Of a stretch of DNA of 64,000 nt, positions 41,477 to 49,869 are shown in pieces (within the stretch, counting starts at the first letter, position 1; the number at the start of each line of letters is the position of its first letter). Location of the stretch: assembly GCA_029259115.1 (NCBI GenBank), contig JAPDJO010000076.1, positions 1 to 64,000 on the forward strand, in the 5' to 3' direction. This DNA comes from Thermoplasmatota archaeon. GTDB lineage: Archaea; Thermoplasmatota; E2; DHVEG-1; B18-G2. Under the pieces are notes generated by a model. It was not told the DNA's origin. It saw nothing but the letters and a program-made list of their open reading frames with translations, and did not search any database. Position numbers and translations under genes: made by a program.

Positions 41477-41986
41477 ATGGATAACAAACTCTTTAAAGCA
41501 TTGAGCAGTAAAACCAGACTGGATATATTGCGGAAAATCATGGATAAGGAATATCATCTCTCAGAGCTTTCAAGAGAGATGGGAATATCGAAACCTGTTA
41601 TATCTAGGCATGTAAAGATACTGGAAGATGCGAACCTGATAAAGAGGAAAAAGATAGGAAATGTTCATGTTTTGAAGGCAAATATGGATGCGCTTGAAAA
41701 GGCCTTCGAACCATTCGTTGAGGAAAAAAGGATAAAGATTAAGGAAGGGAAGACGGTATTTGATATCCTGAAACAACTCCCAGAGATAGAGGTAAAGGAG
41801 CACGATGGAGACAGGTTCATCACCGCGGTTGATGGTGAGGAAGGTCTGTACATCTATGAGATCGATGGAGAAATACCTGATAGAGCAATAAACAGATATA
41901 AACTTGAAAGGTCAGCCTTACTACAACTCAAGAAATTAGTACCGATAACAAAGAAGAGGATAAGGGTGGAAATAGAGAAGGATTAG
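41477..41986 (+). CDS. ArsR-family regulator fused to a DUF4430-like domain
   Basis: LFKALSSKTRLDIL..LSELSREMGISKPVISRHVKILEDANLI, then TVFDIL..FITAVDG..YEIDGEIP..YKL. Confidence 0.8.
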   Translation: MDNKLFKALSSKTRLDILRKIMDKEYHLSELSREMGISKPVISRHVKILEDANLIKRKKIGNVHVLKANMDALEKAFEPFVEEKRIKIKEGKTVFDILKQLPEIEVKEHDGDRFITAVDGEEGLYIYEIDGEIPDRAINRYKLERSALLQLKKLVPITKKRIRVEIEKD

Positions 41987-42606
41987 TGAATCAAGATTTT
42001 TTCGCTTAAGTTAGATAGGAAGCTAGGAATCTTGATCTCTATCTCATGCTCCTTGATATAAACAACTGGCAAGATGACAAATGTTATTGCCAAACTCATT
42101 GATAATAGATGCCATAAGGTAAAAGGTATAGCGAGGGTATAGCAGAGAATCAATCCTTTGATGGTATGAGGATACCACAGGAGCCAGCATCCAAAGTTGG
42201 TCCAGAGGTCATATAATAGTACGCCGGCTATGCCTGTGCCAAATATCATGGATTTTCTTTGCATGCAAAACATTCCCCTTGATTTTAAGGTATAGCTCAG
42301 CAGGGCGAGCATAGCAAATCCGGACCATGTGAACAGAAAGATCAGGTTGTTTCCTATGATTAGATCTGTGATGAGCATTGTAGATACGGGAACAAGAAGA
42401 GAATATCCTCTTCTATCTAAAAGAAAACCGCTCAGCATGGAGATGGTTGCTATCAGGAAGAAGAGATCCATCATCAAGAGAGGTTGCGTTATACCGTTAA
42501 GATTGATGAAAATATCTGGCGATGGTGGAAGAAACTTGCTTAAGCTCAACCTTCCAATTACTCCTGCAATTATCAAGGTTAACATCAGCCCTATCTTCTT
42601 ATCCAT
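41983..42606 (-). CDS. ECF S-component-like membrane protein (DUF6580-like), putative cobalamin transporter
   Basis: About 6 TMs; MLITDL, LLYDLWTNFGCW..YPHT..GLILCYTLAIPF; lies between DUF4430 genes. Confidence 0.65.
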   Translation of the reverse strand: MDKKIGLMLTLIIAGVIGRLSLSKFLPPSPDIFINLNGITQPLLMMDLFFLIATISMLSGFLLDRRGYSLLVPVSTMLITDLIIGNNLIFLFTWSGFAMLALLSYTLKSRGMFCMQRKSMIFGTGIAGVLLYDLWTNFGCWLLWYPHTIKGLILCYTLAIPFTLWHLLSMSLAITFVILPVVYIKEHEIEIKIPSFLSNLSEKILIH

Positions 42607-43075
42607 CCTTTCCCTCCAAGATTTCTATCTTTGGTTCCTGTAATTTCCATTCGATTATATCCCCATCTCTCACCTTCTGCAGATCAACACCTACTGGTGC
42701 GTAATTACCGTTGATGTAATACTGCCAGAACTTATTAGCTTTTGGATCTTCCTCGGTTGAGTTTATCGAGTAAATGTAATGGCTCTTATACTGAGGAAAG
42801 TACTCTGCCTCAAAGGTTAACCCATATTCGTTTTTTGCCGCCAGCAGAACGTGGTAGGCCGTCGAATTCTTAGAATCTAAAGAGATATTAAACCTGTCTA
42901 TCCTTCCATCTCCGTAATCTATGATCAGAGAGACATTTATGGTCTCGTTTGATGGGAAGCTTTCAGGATACTCAAATACTATTACTCCCTTATCAATCAA
43001 TTTCAATATCCCTATACTCGAGAAAGCTACGATGGATATTCCGATTACCGTGATCAGCAGAATCCTCCTTGACAC
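42599..43075 (-). CDS. Membrane-anchored DUF4430 (transcobalamin C-terminal-like) protein
   Basis: Probable GTG start 43075; TAYHVL..YIYSIN..FWQYYINGNYAPVGVD..VRDGDIIEW. Confidence 0.8.
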   Translation of the reverse strand: MSRRILLITVIGISIVAFSSIGILKLIDKGVIVFEYPESFPSNETINVSLIIDYGDGRIDRFNISLDSKNSTAYHVLLAAKNEYGLTFEAEYFPQYKSHYIYSINSTEEDPKANKFWQYYINGNYAPVGVDLQKVRDGDIIEWKLQEPKIEILEGKDG

Positions 43076-43216
43076 GCAATATCCAATGAGAGAAACATCC
43101 TTAAAATATAGGATTCTGATAACAATTGATACCCACTTAGATAACAATCAATTCGCGCATTCCGTAGAAGAAATTAAGAGAAAAATACTGAGAAAAGTAG
43201 CTTTGCCTTTGGAAGA

Positions 43217-44224
43217 CTAATCTATAACAATATTTATCTTTTCTCCACATTTCTTACATCTATCCTTCTCTAGACCTTTTACATTGGCATTGAATCCGTA
43301 TCTCTCGATAAGAAGATTTCCACAGCTTGGGCAATACGTATTTTCATAATCTCCATGAGGTACATTACCGAGATAGACAAATTTCAATCCCTTTTCTTTA
43401 GCAAGATCAAAAGCCTTCATCAAGGTTTCAAAAGGCGTAGGAGGCAGATCTAACATCTTATAGTGAGGATAAAATCTTGTAAAATGCACTGGGGTGTCTT
43501 CTCCTAGCTCATCAATAATCCATTCACAGAATTCTCCTATCTCTTTCATAGAATCATTTTTCGTTGGTATAATCAGATAGGTTATCTCAAGATGGATACC
43601 AAGCTCTTTAGATAAAACACAAGTATTTAACACAGGTTCAAGCCTTCCACCAGATATCTTTCTGTAAAAATCATCTCTGAAAGACTTGACATCTATATTT
43701 ATGCCATCAAGATATCTTCCTATTTCTCTGAAAGGATCTTCATTTATGAAACCATTGCTCACATATGTTATGTAAAGGCCGTCTTTCTTCGCTATTTTGG
43801 ATGCATCGAGAGTGAACTCATGCCATATAGTTGGCTCGTTGTATGTCCATGATATTCCTTTGCATCTATACTGTTTTGCTAGTCTTGTAGGTTCATCAAC
43901 CTCTAATTCTCTAAGATAGATATCTTCCGGATCTACCATAGAAATCGTGTAATTCTGACAGTGCTTACATGATAGATTACAGCCAGCTGTACCAAATGAA
44001 AGAGCATAGCTGCCTGGATAGAAATGATAGAGAGGCTTCTTCTCTATGGGGTCTACAGCTACAGAAGATGCGGATCCATAGATCAAAGTGTAAAGTTTTC
44101 CTCCTCTATTCTCTCTCACTCTACATATCCCTCTCTTTCCTTCGGGTATCAAGCATCTGTGGGGACAGAGCAAGCACCTGATCTTATCTCCGTCCCTCTC
44201 CCAAAATTTAGCCTCTCTTATCAT
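43217..44224 (-). CDS. amrS: AmmeMemoRadiSam system radical SAM enzyme
   Basis: CLLCPHRC..GICRVR, DPIEKKPLYHFYPG, GCNLSCKHCQN, TYNEP, TYCPSCG. Confidence 0.92.
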   Translation of the reverse strand: MIREAKFWERDGDKIRCLLCPHRCLIPEGKRGICRVRENRGGKLYTLIYGSASSVAVDPIEKKPLYHFYPGSYALSFGTAGCNLSCKHCQNYTISMVDPEDIYLRELEVDEPTRLAKQYRCKGISWTYNEPTIWHEFTLDASKIAKKDGLYITYVSNGFINEDPFREIGRYLDGINIDVKSFRDDFYRKISGGRLEPVLNTCVLSKELGIHLEITYLIIPTKNDSMKEIGEFCEWIIDELGEDTPVHFTRFYPHYKMLDLPPTPFETLMKAFDLAKEKGLKFVYLGNVPHGDYENTYCPSCGNLLIERYGFNANVKGLEKDRCKKCGEKINIVID

Positions 44225-44258
44225 TCCTAAAATTCATATACCTTTCAATTATAAAGAG

Positions 44259-45533
44259 TTAATCCCCAAGAAACATTTCTCCTCTGTTGAAAGGATATTT
44301 GTGAGGATACATGTCATTCATCTGGGGTTGCATCCAGATAAAGTCCCTATATTCTTTTCTTATCATGTACTTAGCATAGTAGAAAGCCTCTTCAACAGAG
44401 ACCCTTCCATCTTTGAATATGTTAAGGTGAGATCTCTTTGCTACACCAAATAGTCCCTTCCTAAATCCATCTGCCTTTCCTGTTTTTAATCCTTCGAACC
44501 ATAGTTGAGTAAAGAGAGGACCGGATACATTACTTGCATAGCCAATAGAGAACTTACTCTCGCCTGTTATAACTATTCTACCATCTTTCGGGATATTAGA
44601 TCTTAGAAGAGAAGGTACATTAAAGATGATCCTGTTTGCAAATCCTCCACTATAACAAGAATCCACTATCAGACATAACTTTGCTTTTAATCCTTCTAAA
44701 AGCTCACCCAACTCTTTATCTTGTATAGTGCCATCCCATAGCACCACTTCACTTCTTTCCAAAATCTTGCCACCCGTAATCTTTTTATCTGGATCTCCAA
44801 CACCATGACCAGATATCCATATAAAAACCTCGCTATCGTTGTACTTGTTTGCTTCATCCTTTATCCTCTTTATAGATGATATAAGATAATCCTCTGTTGC
44901 TGGGCCGTACGATACATAATCTATCTTATCGTTTCTCTCTTGTAAAGTTGAGATCCTTTTCCCCTCTCCATTTTTGTCTCTTATCCATCCATCATCGAAC
45001 AGTATGGTAATATGACTTGCAGGATAACCCAAATCAGAAATGAAATATCTAGCCATATCTTCAGCGAGTTCGAGCATTCCATTTCCAAGTTTTATCTCAA
45101 TATCTTCGACATTCGCTGCTGATACAAATAAAGCCCATCTGTGGATATTATCTGCGATTTCATTCTCAACTAGAATCTTCAATTTTACAATGTCTGAATA
45201 ATCGGTACCATCCCATGCCCTCGCATAAATACTGTGATAACCGTTCTCTAAATCCTTGGTATCTATCGTAAAACTCCAATTGTATGTACCATCGGTTACA
45301 TCCCAAGAGCTATCATCTATCTTTATCTCTACAGATTTTACATCACCATCGAGATCTTCAGACCTCCCAGTAATGGTTAGTATGCCATAGACTTTATCTC
45401 CATTCCTAGGATAATCGATGTAGACTATAGGCTTTTCATTAGCCTTTACGGGAATATTTCTCATGGATAGAGTTACCAATATGATAGCTACAGCAATCAA
45501 AATTGATACTACGATTATACCTTTGAATCTCAT
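44259..45533 (-). CDS. Secreted caspase/legumain-clan (CD) peptidase with Ig-like domain
   Basis: Signal/anchor helix; Ig-like VEIKID..W..HSIYARAWDG; His motif SGHG; Cys motif DSCYSGGF. Confidence 0.75.
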   Translation of the reverse strand: MRFKGIIVVSILIAVAIILVTLSMRNIPVKANEKPIVYIDYPRNGDKVYGILTITGRSEDLDGDVKSVEIKIDDSSWDVTDGTYNWSFTIDTKDLENGYHSIYARAWDGTDYSDIVKLKILVENEIADNIHRWALFVSAANVEDIEIKLGNGMLELAEDMARYFISDLGYPASHITILFDDGWIRDKNGEGKRISTLQERNDKIDYVSYGPATEDYLISSIKRIKDEANKYNDSEVFIWISGHGVGDPDKKITGGKILERSEVVLWDGTIQDKELGELLEGLKAKLCLIVDSCYSGGFANRIIFNVPSLLRSNIPKDGRIVITGESKFSIGYASNVSGPLFTQLWFEGLKTGKADGFRKGLFGVAKRSHLNIFKDGRVSVEEAFYYAKYMIRKEYRDFIWMQPQMNDMYPHKYPFNRGEMFLGD

Positions 45534-45572
45534 CCAGTTAATATTTATAGAGTTTTATTTAAAACACTTCTT

Positions 45573-46520
45573 TTACAGACGTTGTCTAAAATGTTCCCAA
45601 CCCCGGTCTTGGAGTTTCCTTTTCTTCCCATGACAGATTATACTTATCTCCTTTTCTTTGGTAACCTTGCCCATTTCGTAGATCTTCACCTTTTTCTTTA
45701 TCTCATCAAACTTATCTTTTGATAGAGTAACCAATAGTTCATAATCCCCACCAAAATCTATGGCTATAGAGTAAGGATCTATATTCAATATCTCCCCAAC
45801 CTTAAAAGCTTCTTCAGAGACGGGGATCTTTTCTCTTTCTATGGTAAAGCCAACATCATTTATCTTTGCAAGTTGGTATAAAGATGAAGACAAACCATCA
45901 GATATATCCATACAAGAGCTTATACATCTTGATTTTGCAAGTTCTCTACCCTCTCTTATTCTTGGTTCTGGTCTTATCAACCCTCTTAACTCTACTCCAT
46001 CTAGTTTATTCTTTATCGCTAGATAACCAGCTCCAGCTTTTCCGAGATGCCCTGTGACGGCAACAATATCTTCCGGCTTTGCTCCTTTCCTAAAAAGAAT
46101 CTCCTCCTTCGAAACCCTACCTATAGCCGTTCCAGACACCGTTATCTCGTTGTGTTCCTTTGTATCTCCTCCGAGAATCCTTCCGCCATATTTACCAACG
46201 CAATCTTTAGCCCCTTTGATAAGGGAAAGAACAAAATCCTCATCCAGATCTGAAGGTAGCGATAGAGATAGTAAAACACCTATTACTTCGCCACCCATTG
46301 CTGCAATATCGCTTAGATTTATTGAGGTAACAAACCAACCTATGTCATATGGAGTCATAACGTTTGGGAGATGAGTCTCTTTTCTGATTACATCAGATGA
46401 TACAAGGAGATAACTATCATCTACGTCTATATATGCGGAATCATCACCGAGATGGTTATCACCTATAATGGATAGAATCTTATCCACAATCTTTCTTTCA
46501 CCAAGATCAGAGAGTTTCAT
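45573..46520 (-). CDS. thiL: Thiamine-monophosphate kinase
   Basis: Start MKLSDLGE (46520); GDDSA, NLSDIAAMGG, GGDT, DISDGL, GGDYEL. Confidence 0.93.
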   Translation of the reverse strand: MKLSDLGERKIVDKILSIIGDNHLGDDSAYIDVDDSYLLVSSDVIRKETHLPNVMTPYDIGWFVTSINLSDIAAMGGEVIGVLLSLSLPSDLDEDFVLSLIKGAKDCVGKYGGRILGGDTKEHNEITVSGTAIGRVSKEEILFRKGAKPEDIVAVTGHLGKAGAGYLAIKNKLDGVELRGLIRPEPRIREGRELAKSRCISSCMDISDGLSSSLYQLAKINDVGFTIEREKIPVSEEAFKVGEILNIDPYSIAIDFGGDYELLVTLSKDKFDEIKKKVKIYEMGKVTKEKEISIICHGKKRKLQDRGWEHFRQRL

Positions 46521-46579
46521 AGTTTTAGAAAAAGATACTTCCCAAAAAAGTTTATCTCCTCCAGCTGCATGCTTTAACC

Positions 46580-47605
46580 ATGGAAGGACTGACCTATGCA
46601 AAGAGTGGCGTAGATATATTCAAGGAAGAAAAAGCAATCAAGAGCTTGATCTCCTCAATACAATTTAACAGGAAAGGGATAGGAAGATATTTAGGAGGGC
46701 ACTTTGCAGGACTGATAGATTTTGGAGATCATGCCCTAGTTCTTTGTACAGATGGGGTTGGTAGCAAAGTCATGATAGCAAATGAGATGAGAAAGTGGGA
46801 TACCATAGGTATAGATTGTATAGCCATGAATGTCAACGATTGTATATGTGTTGGTGCTGAACCTATCGCCTTTGTTGATTACTTAGCAATGGAAAAACCG
46901 GATCCTAAGATAACAAGAGAGATAGGAAAGGGTTTAGCTAAAGGAGCCAAAATTGCAAATATATCAATAGCAGGTGGAGAGACAGCTACACTTCCAGAGA
47001 TTATTAAGGGCTTCGATCTTGCTGGGACATGCCTCGGTTATGTAAAAAAGGAGAACATAATACTTGGGGATAGAATAAGAGAGGGAGATATTATCATAGG
47101 ATTAGAGAGCAGTGGCTTACACTCCAATGGATTTACATTAGCCAGAAAAGTCATAGAGAATAGTAAGTTGTCTTATAGAGATGAATTTCCAAACGGAATC
47201 TACGAAGGAAAAACTATAGGAGAAGTTCTACTAACACCAACAAGAATATATGTCAAAGAAGTTCTAGAAGTAGTAAGGAACTTTGAGATACATGGTCTAG
47301 CTCATATCACAGGCGGAGGAATGAGAAACCTTCTGAGATTGAAAGATGTGAAATTTATCATAGATAGCCCATTTGACCCACAGCCTATCTTTAAATTTAT
47401 ACAGGAGAAAGGAAATATAGAACTTAAAGAGATGTACCAGACATTCAACATGGGGATGGGATTTGCTATAATTCTGGCAAAAGATTATGCGGATGATGTT
47501 CTAGATATTTTAGAGAAGAAATCCGAGGCAAAACCAAAAATCGTAGGGCATGTTGAGAGAGGAAAGGGGGTCAAGATACCTTCATTGAATCTTGTCTTCA
47601 TTTGA
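46580..47605 (+). CDS. purM: Phosphoribosylformylglycinamidine cyclo-ligase
   Basis: YAKSGVD, TDGVGSK, AMNVND, GGETA, SSGLHSNG, AHITGGG, TFNMGMG. Confidence 0.95.
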   Translation: MEGLTYAKSGVDIFKEEKAIKSLISSIQFNRKGIGRYLGGHFAGLIDFGDHALVLCTDGVGSKVMIANEMRKWDTIGIDCIAMNVNDCICVGAEPIAFVDYLAMEKPDPKITREIGKGLAKGAKIANISIAGGETATLPEIIKGFDLAGTCLGYVKKENIILGDRIREGDIIIGLESSGLHSNGFTLARKVIENSKLSYRDEFPNGIYEGKTIGEVLLTPTRIYVKEVLEVVRNFEIHGLAHITGGGMRNLLRLKDVKFIIDSPFDPQPIFKFIQEKGNIELKEMYQTFNMGMGFAIILAKDYADDVLDILEKKSEAKPKIVGHVERGKGVKIPSLNLVFI

Positions 47606-47618
47606 CGTAGGAAAAAAT

Positions 47619-48596
47619 CTAACCTTCATCAAAAATCAGTTCTTTTCTCCTTTCTAGGGTTATCTTAGGAGTCATCATCCTGTATTTTCTCCTAGCTTCT
47701 CTGTCATAGTTCTCCTCGCCCATCTTTTCCAAGATTTTTCTTCCTTTTTCAATCTGCTTTAGTATATTGACATTTATTCTTTCAACAGTCTTCGGAGCTA
47801 GTAACATTAGAGCTTTTGTAATCATACCTATTCCATATGGTAGAGATTCCGTTACGAACATTGTTCCAGGGATAGGCTTAAACCATAGACCCATAGATGA
47901 TTCACCAAATTTGGTTATCGGCACCCCCATTGCCGCCTGCCTCTCAGGCGTAGGCCCTGCGTGAGCAGGTAACCATTTTCCATCTATATATACTTCTATC
48001 TCTCCTTCCAAGGAAAAATATCCTAAAGCATCGTACCATCTTCTCATCATCGAATCGTAAATCTCCTCATACATTGATTGACTTTCAACAGCTGCAAAAA
48101 GCCTGTATCTAGCCTTAATCCCAGCAGCTCTACAGAGTGCCGCGAATACAGAATTTATATGCAGGCAGGTGCCAGTTCCTCTCCTTAGAGTATCCGAGAC
48201 ATCATCCATAGGTAATATTTCCAAGATGAGATTCCTTTTTGCAAACTCAAATGCAGATTCAGCAAACTCATAATCCGATTTTTTAAACGCTCCAAGTTTG
48301 TTTGCTAGTGCTATTATCTCTGGCGCTCTGCAGTTGCAATAAAGAGTAGGTCTGAGATATTTCTCGTCAGAATCGCAGTATTTCATACCCTCCCTGTATT
48401 TGGGAATTTCATACTTTCTCTTCGGTCTAACATATCTTTCTTCTGATGGACTAGATTCTCTCAGCCTCCTTATATCTCCTAGATTGGTGAGTAAGGTTTT
48501 GGCTAGGGAAAATGTGCCCACAGTTAACATTTTTATAAAAACTCTATTTGGAAAGTACTCCTCGTCTTTAATTTCTTTTAGAGAAGCCATCCCCAA
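47619..48596 (-). CDS. Transglutaminase-like domain protein
   Basis: GTCLHINSVFAALCRAAGIKARY; EVYIDGKW. Confidence 0.8.
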   Translation of the reverse strand: MGMASLKEIKDEEYFPNRVFIKMLTVGTFSLAKTLLTNLGDIRRLRESSPSEERYVRPKRKYEIPKYREGMKYCDSDEKYLRPTLYCNCRAPEIIALANKLGAFKKSDYEFAESAFEFAKRNLILEILPMDDVSDTLRRGTGTCLHINSVFAALCRAAGIKARYRLFAAVESQSMYEEIYDSMMRRWYDALGYFSLEGEIEVYIDGKWLPAHAGPTPERQAAMGVPITKFGESSMGLWFKPIPGTMFVTESLPYGIGMITKALMLLAPKTVERINVNILKQIEKGRKILEKMGEENYDREARRKYRMMTPKITLERRKELIFDEG

Positions 48597-48689
48597 TCAA
48601 TTCGAGGTGTACTAAATAAAACTTTTGCTACAAAGTTTATCCTACAGTACCCACAACCTTTAAAAGTAATAACCCTATACCGCTAGCCA

Positions 48690-48854
48690 ATGAAGCTTAT
48701 AGATAGATGCAATTCATGCGGAAAGGGACTTGTAGAGAGAGGCTTTGTTACGTTTCCATGTCCAATATGTTCTAATCCTATAGGTAGGTGTGAAAACTGC
48801 AGAGAGCAAGGCGTTGAGTATGTGTGTGAAAATTGTGGTTTTAGAGGACCTTAG
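48690..48854 (+). CDS. Small zinc-finger protein (HVO_2753/DUF1610-like), below the ORF-track size cutoff
   Basis: Manual translation MKLIDRCNSCGKGLVERGFVTFPCPICSNPIGRCENCREQGVEYVCENCGFRGP; four CxxC; usual position upstream of EF-1beta. Confidence 0.9.
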   Translation: MKLIDRCNSCGKGLVERGFVTFPCPICSNPIGRCENCREQGVEYVCENCGFRGP

Positions 48855-48864
48855 GTGATCACAA

Positions 48865-49137
48865 ATGGGAGAGGTAATAGCTCTGATAAGAGTAATGCCA
48901 TCCGATATTTTGGATGACAAACAGATGGAAGAACTCAAGAACAAAGTCAAGGAAAAGATAAAAGAGCCTGCACGATTAGCTAGGATGGATATAAGAGATA
49001 TAGCCTTTGGTTTAAGGGCACTGGATGTTACTGTTGTTGTTCCAGATGCAGAGGGCGGGGTAGATCCTATAGCTGAGGATATCTCTAGCATAGATGGAGT
49101 CGAAAGTGCCGAAGTTGTTGATGTAGGTAGAATTTAG
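48865..49137 (+). CDS. ef1b: Translation elongation factor 1-beta
   Basis: MGEVIALIRVMP, IAFGLRAL, GVESAEV; GGTGA SD. Confidence 0.93.
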   Translation: MGEVIALIRVMPSDILDDKQMEELKNKVKEKIKEPARLARMDIRDIAFGLRALDVTVVVPDAEGGVDPIAEDISSIDGVESAEVVDVGRI

Positions 49138-49823
49138 GAACCTTTACCCACCTTTTTTATCTGCTCTTGGAACTTATTTGATACTGATTTTTCTAGAGCC
49201 TCTATACCCAATTCTGTTGGGAAATAAACAGGGTATGCAGAATTACTTCTATCTCCCTCGACCATCTCCGCCATGATCATCTTCTTCAAGTGCCATTTTA
49301 CAGTATGGTGATTCAGATTTAGAGCCTTTGCGATTTCAAGAAGATGCTTGCCGGGATTATTTCTCAGGTATTCCATTATTCTCCTAGCATTTTTGTTCCT
49401 CAATATAGATTCCGCTATCGCTCTTTTTCTAGCCTGAATACCTCCTTCCACTAGGTAATACACCTTTTTGCCGCCGATCTTCCTACTTCTTATCAGGTTG
49501 CACTGCTCAAGTTTCCGAAGATGCCACTCAACGTTACTTGGCTTAAGATCCAGATCTCTAGCTATTTCTCTTAGATGTGATCCAGGATATTCATCTATAT
49601 ATGAGTATATCGTTCTTCTTATCTCTTTATCAAGAACGTTTTCTGGTGTTACGTATTTTATTCCTCCCCATAGGGCGAAGAAAGTCACTATTATGGCTGC
49701 TACTACTATTATTGCTGCAATCCCTATTCCGAGACCAAGGCTAGGTGTGAACTCTATGGACATTGCACTTACAGAAGGCAGAAGCATTATAGATATGCCT
49801 AACATTAGTACCAAACTCTTCAT
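49134..49823 (-). CDS. Membrane-anchored double winged-HTH transcriptional regulator
   Basis: Signal peptide + TM, then two units R..IY..I..PG.H..EIA..L..WHL.KL. Confidence 0.8.
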   Translation of the reverse strand: MKSLVLMLGISIMLLPSVSAMSIEFTPSLGLGIGIAAIIVVAAIIVTFFALWGGIKYVTPENVLDKEIRRTIYSYIDEYPGSHLREIARDLDLKPSNVEWHLRKLEQCNLIRSRKIGGKKVYYLVEGGIQARKRAIAESILRNKNARRIMEYLRNNPGKHLLEIAKALNLNHHTVKWHLKKMIMAEMVEGDRSNSAYPVYFPTELGIEALEKSVSNKFQEQIKKVGKGS

Positions 49824-49869
49824 TGCATCCCATCCTCAGGTTATGTAAGTATGAAAAAACTTATATATT

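Noticed and set aside
31179-44224. The two radical SAM genes as modifiers of the Cys-rich peptides
   Set aside because: They belong to the SPL-like and AmmeMemoRadiSam families, lack SPASM/RRE features, and lie roughly 9-22 kb away in other contexts.
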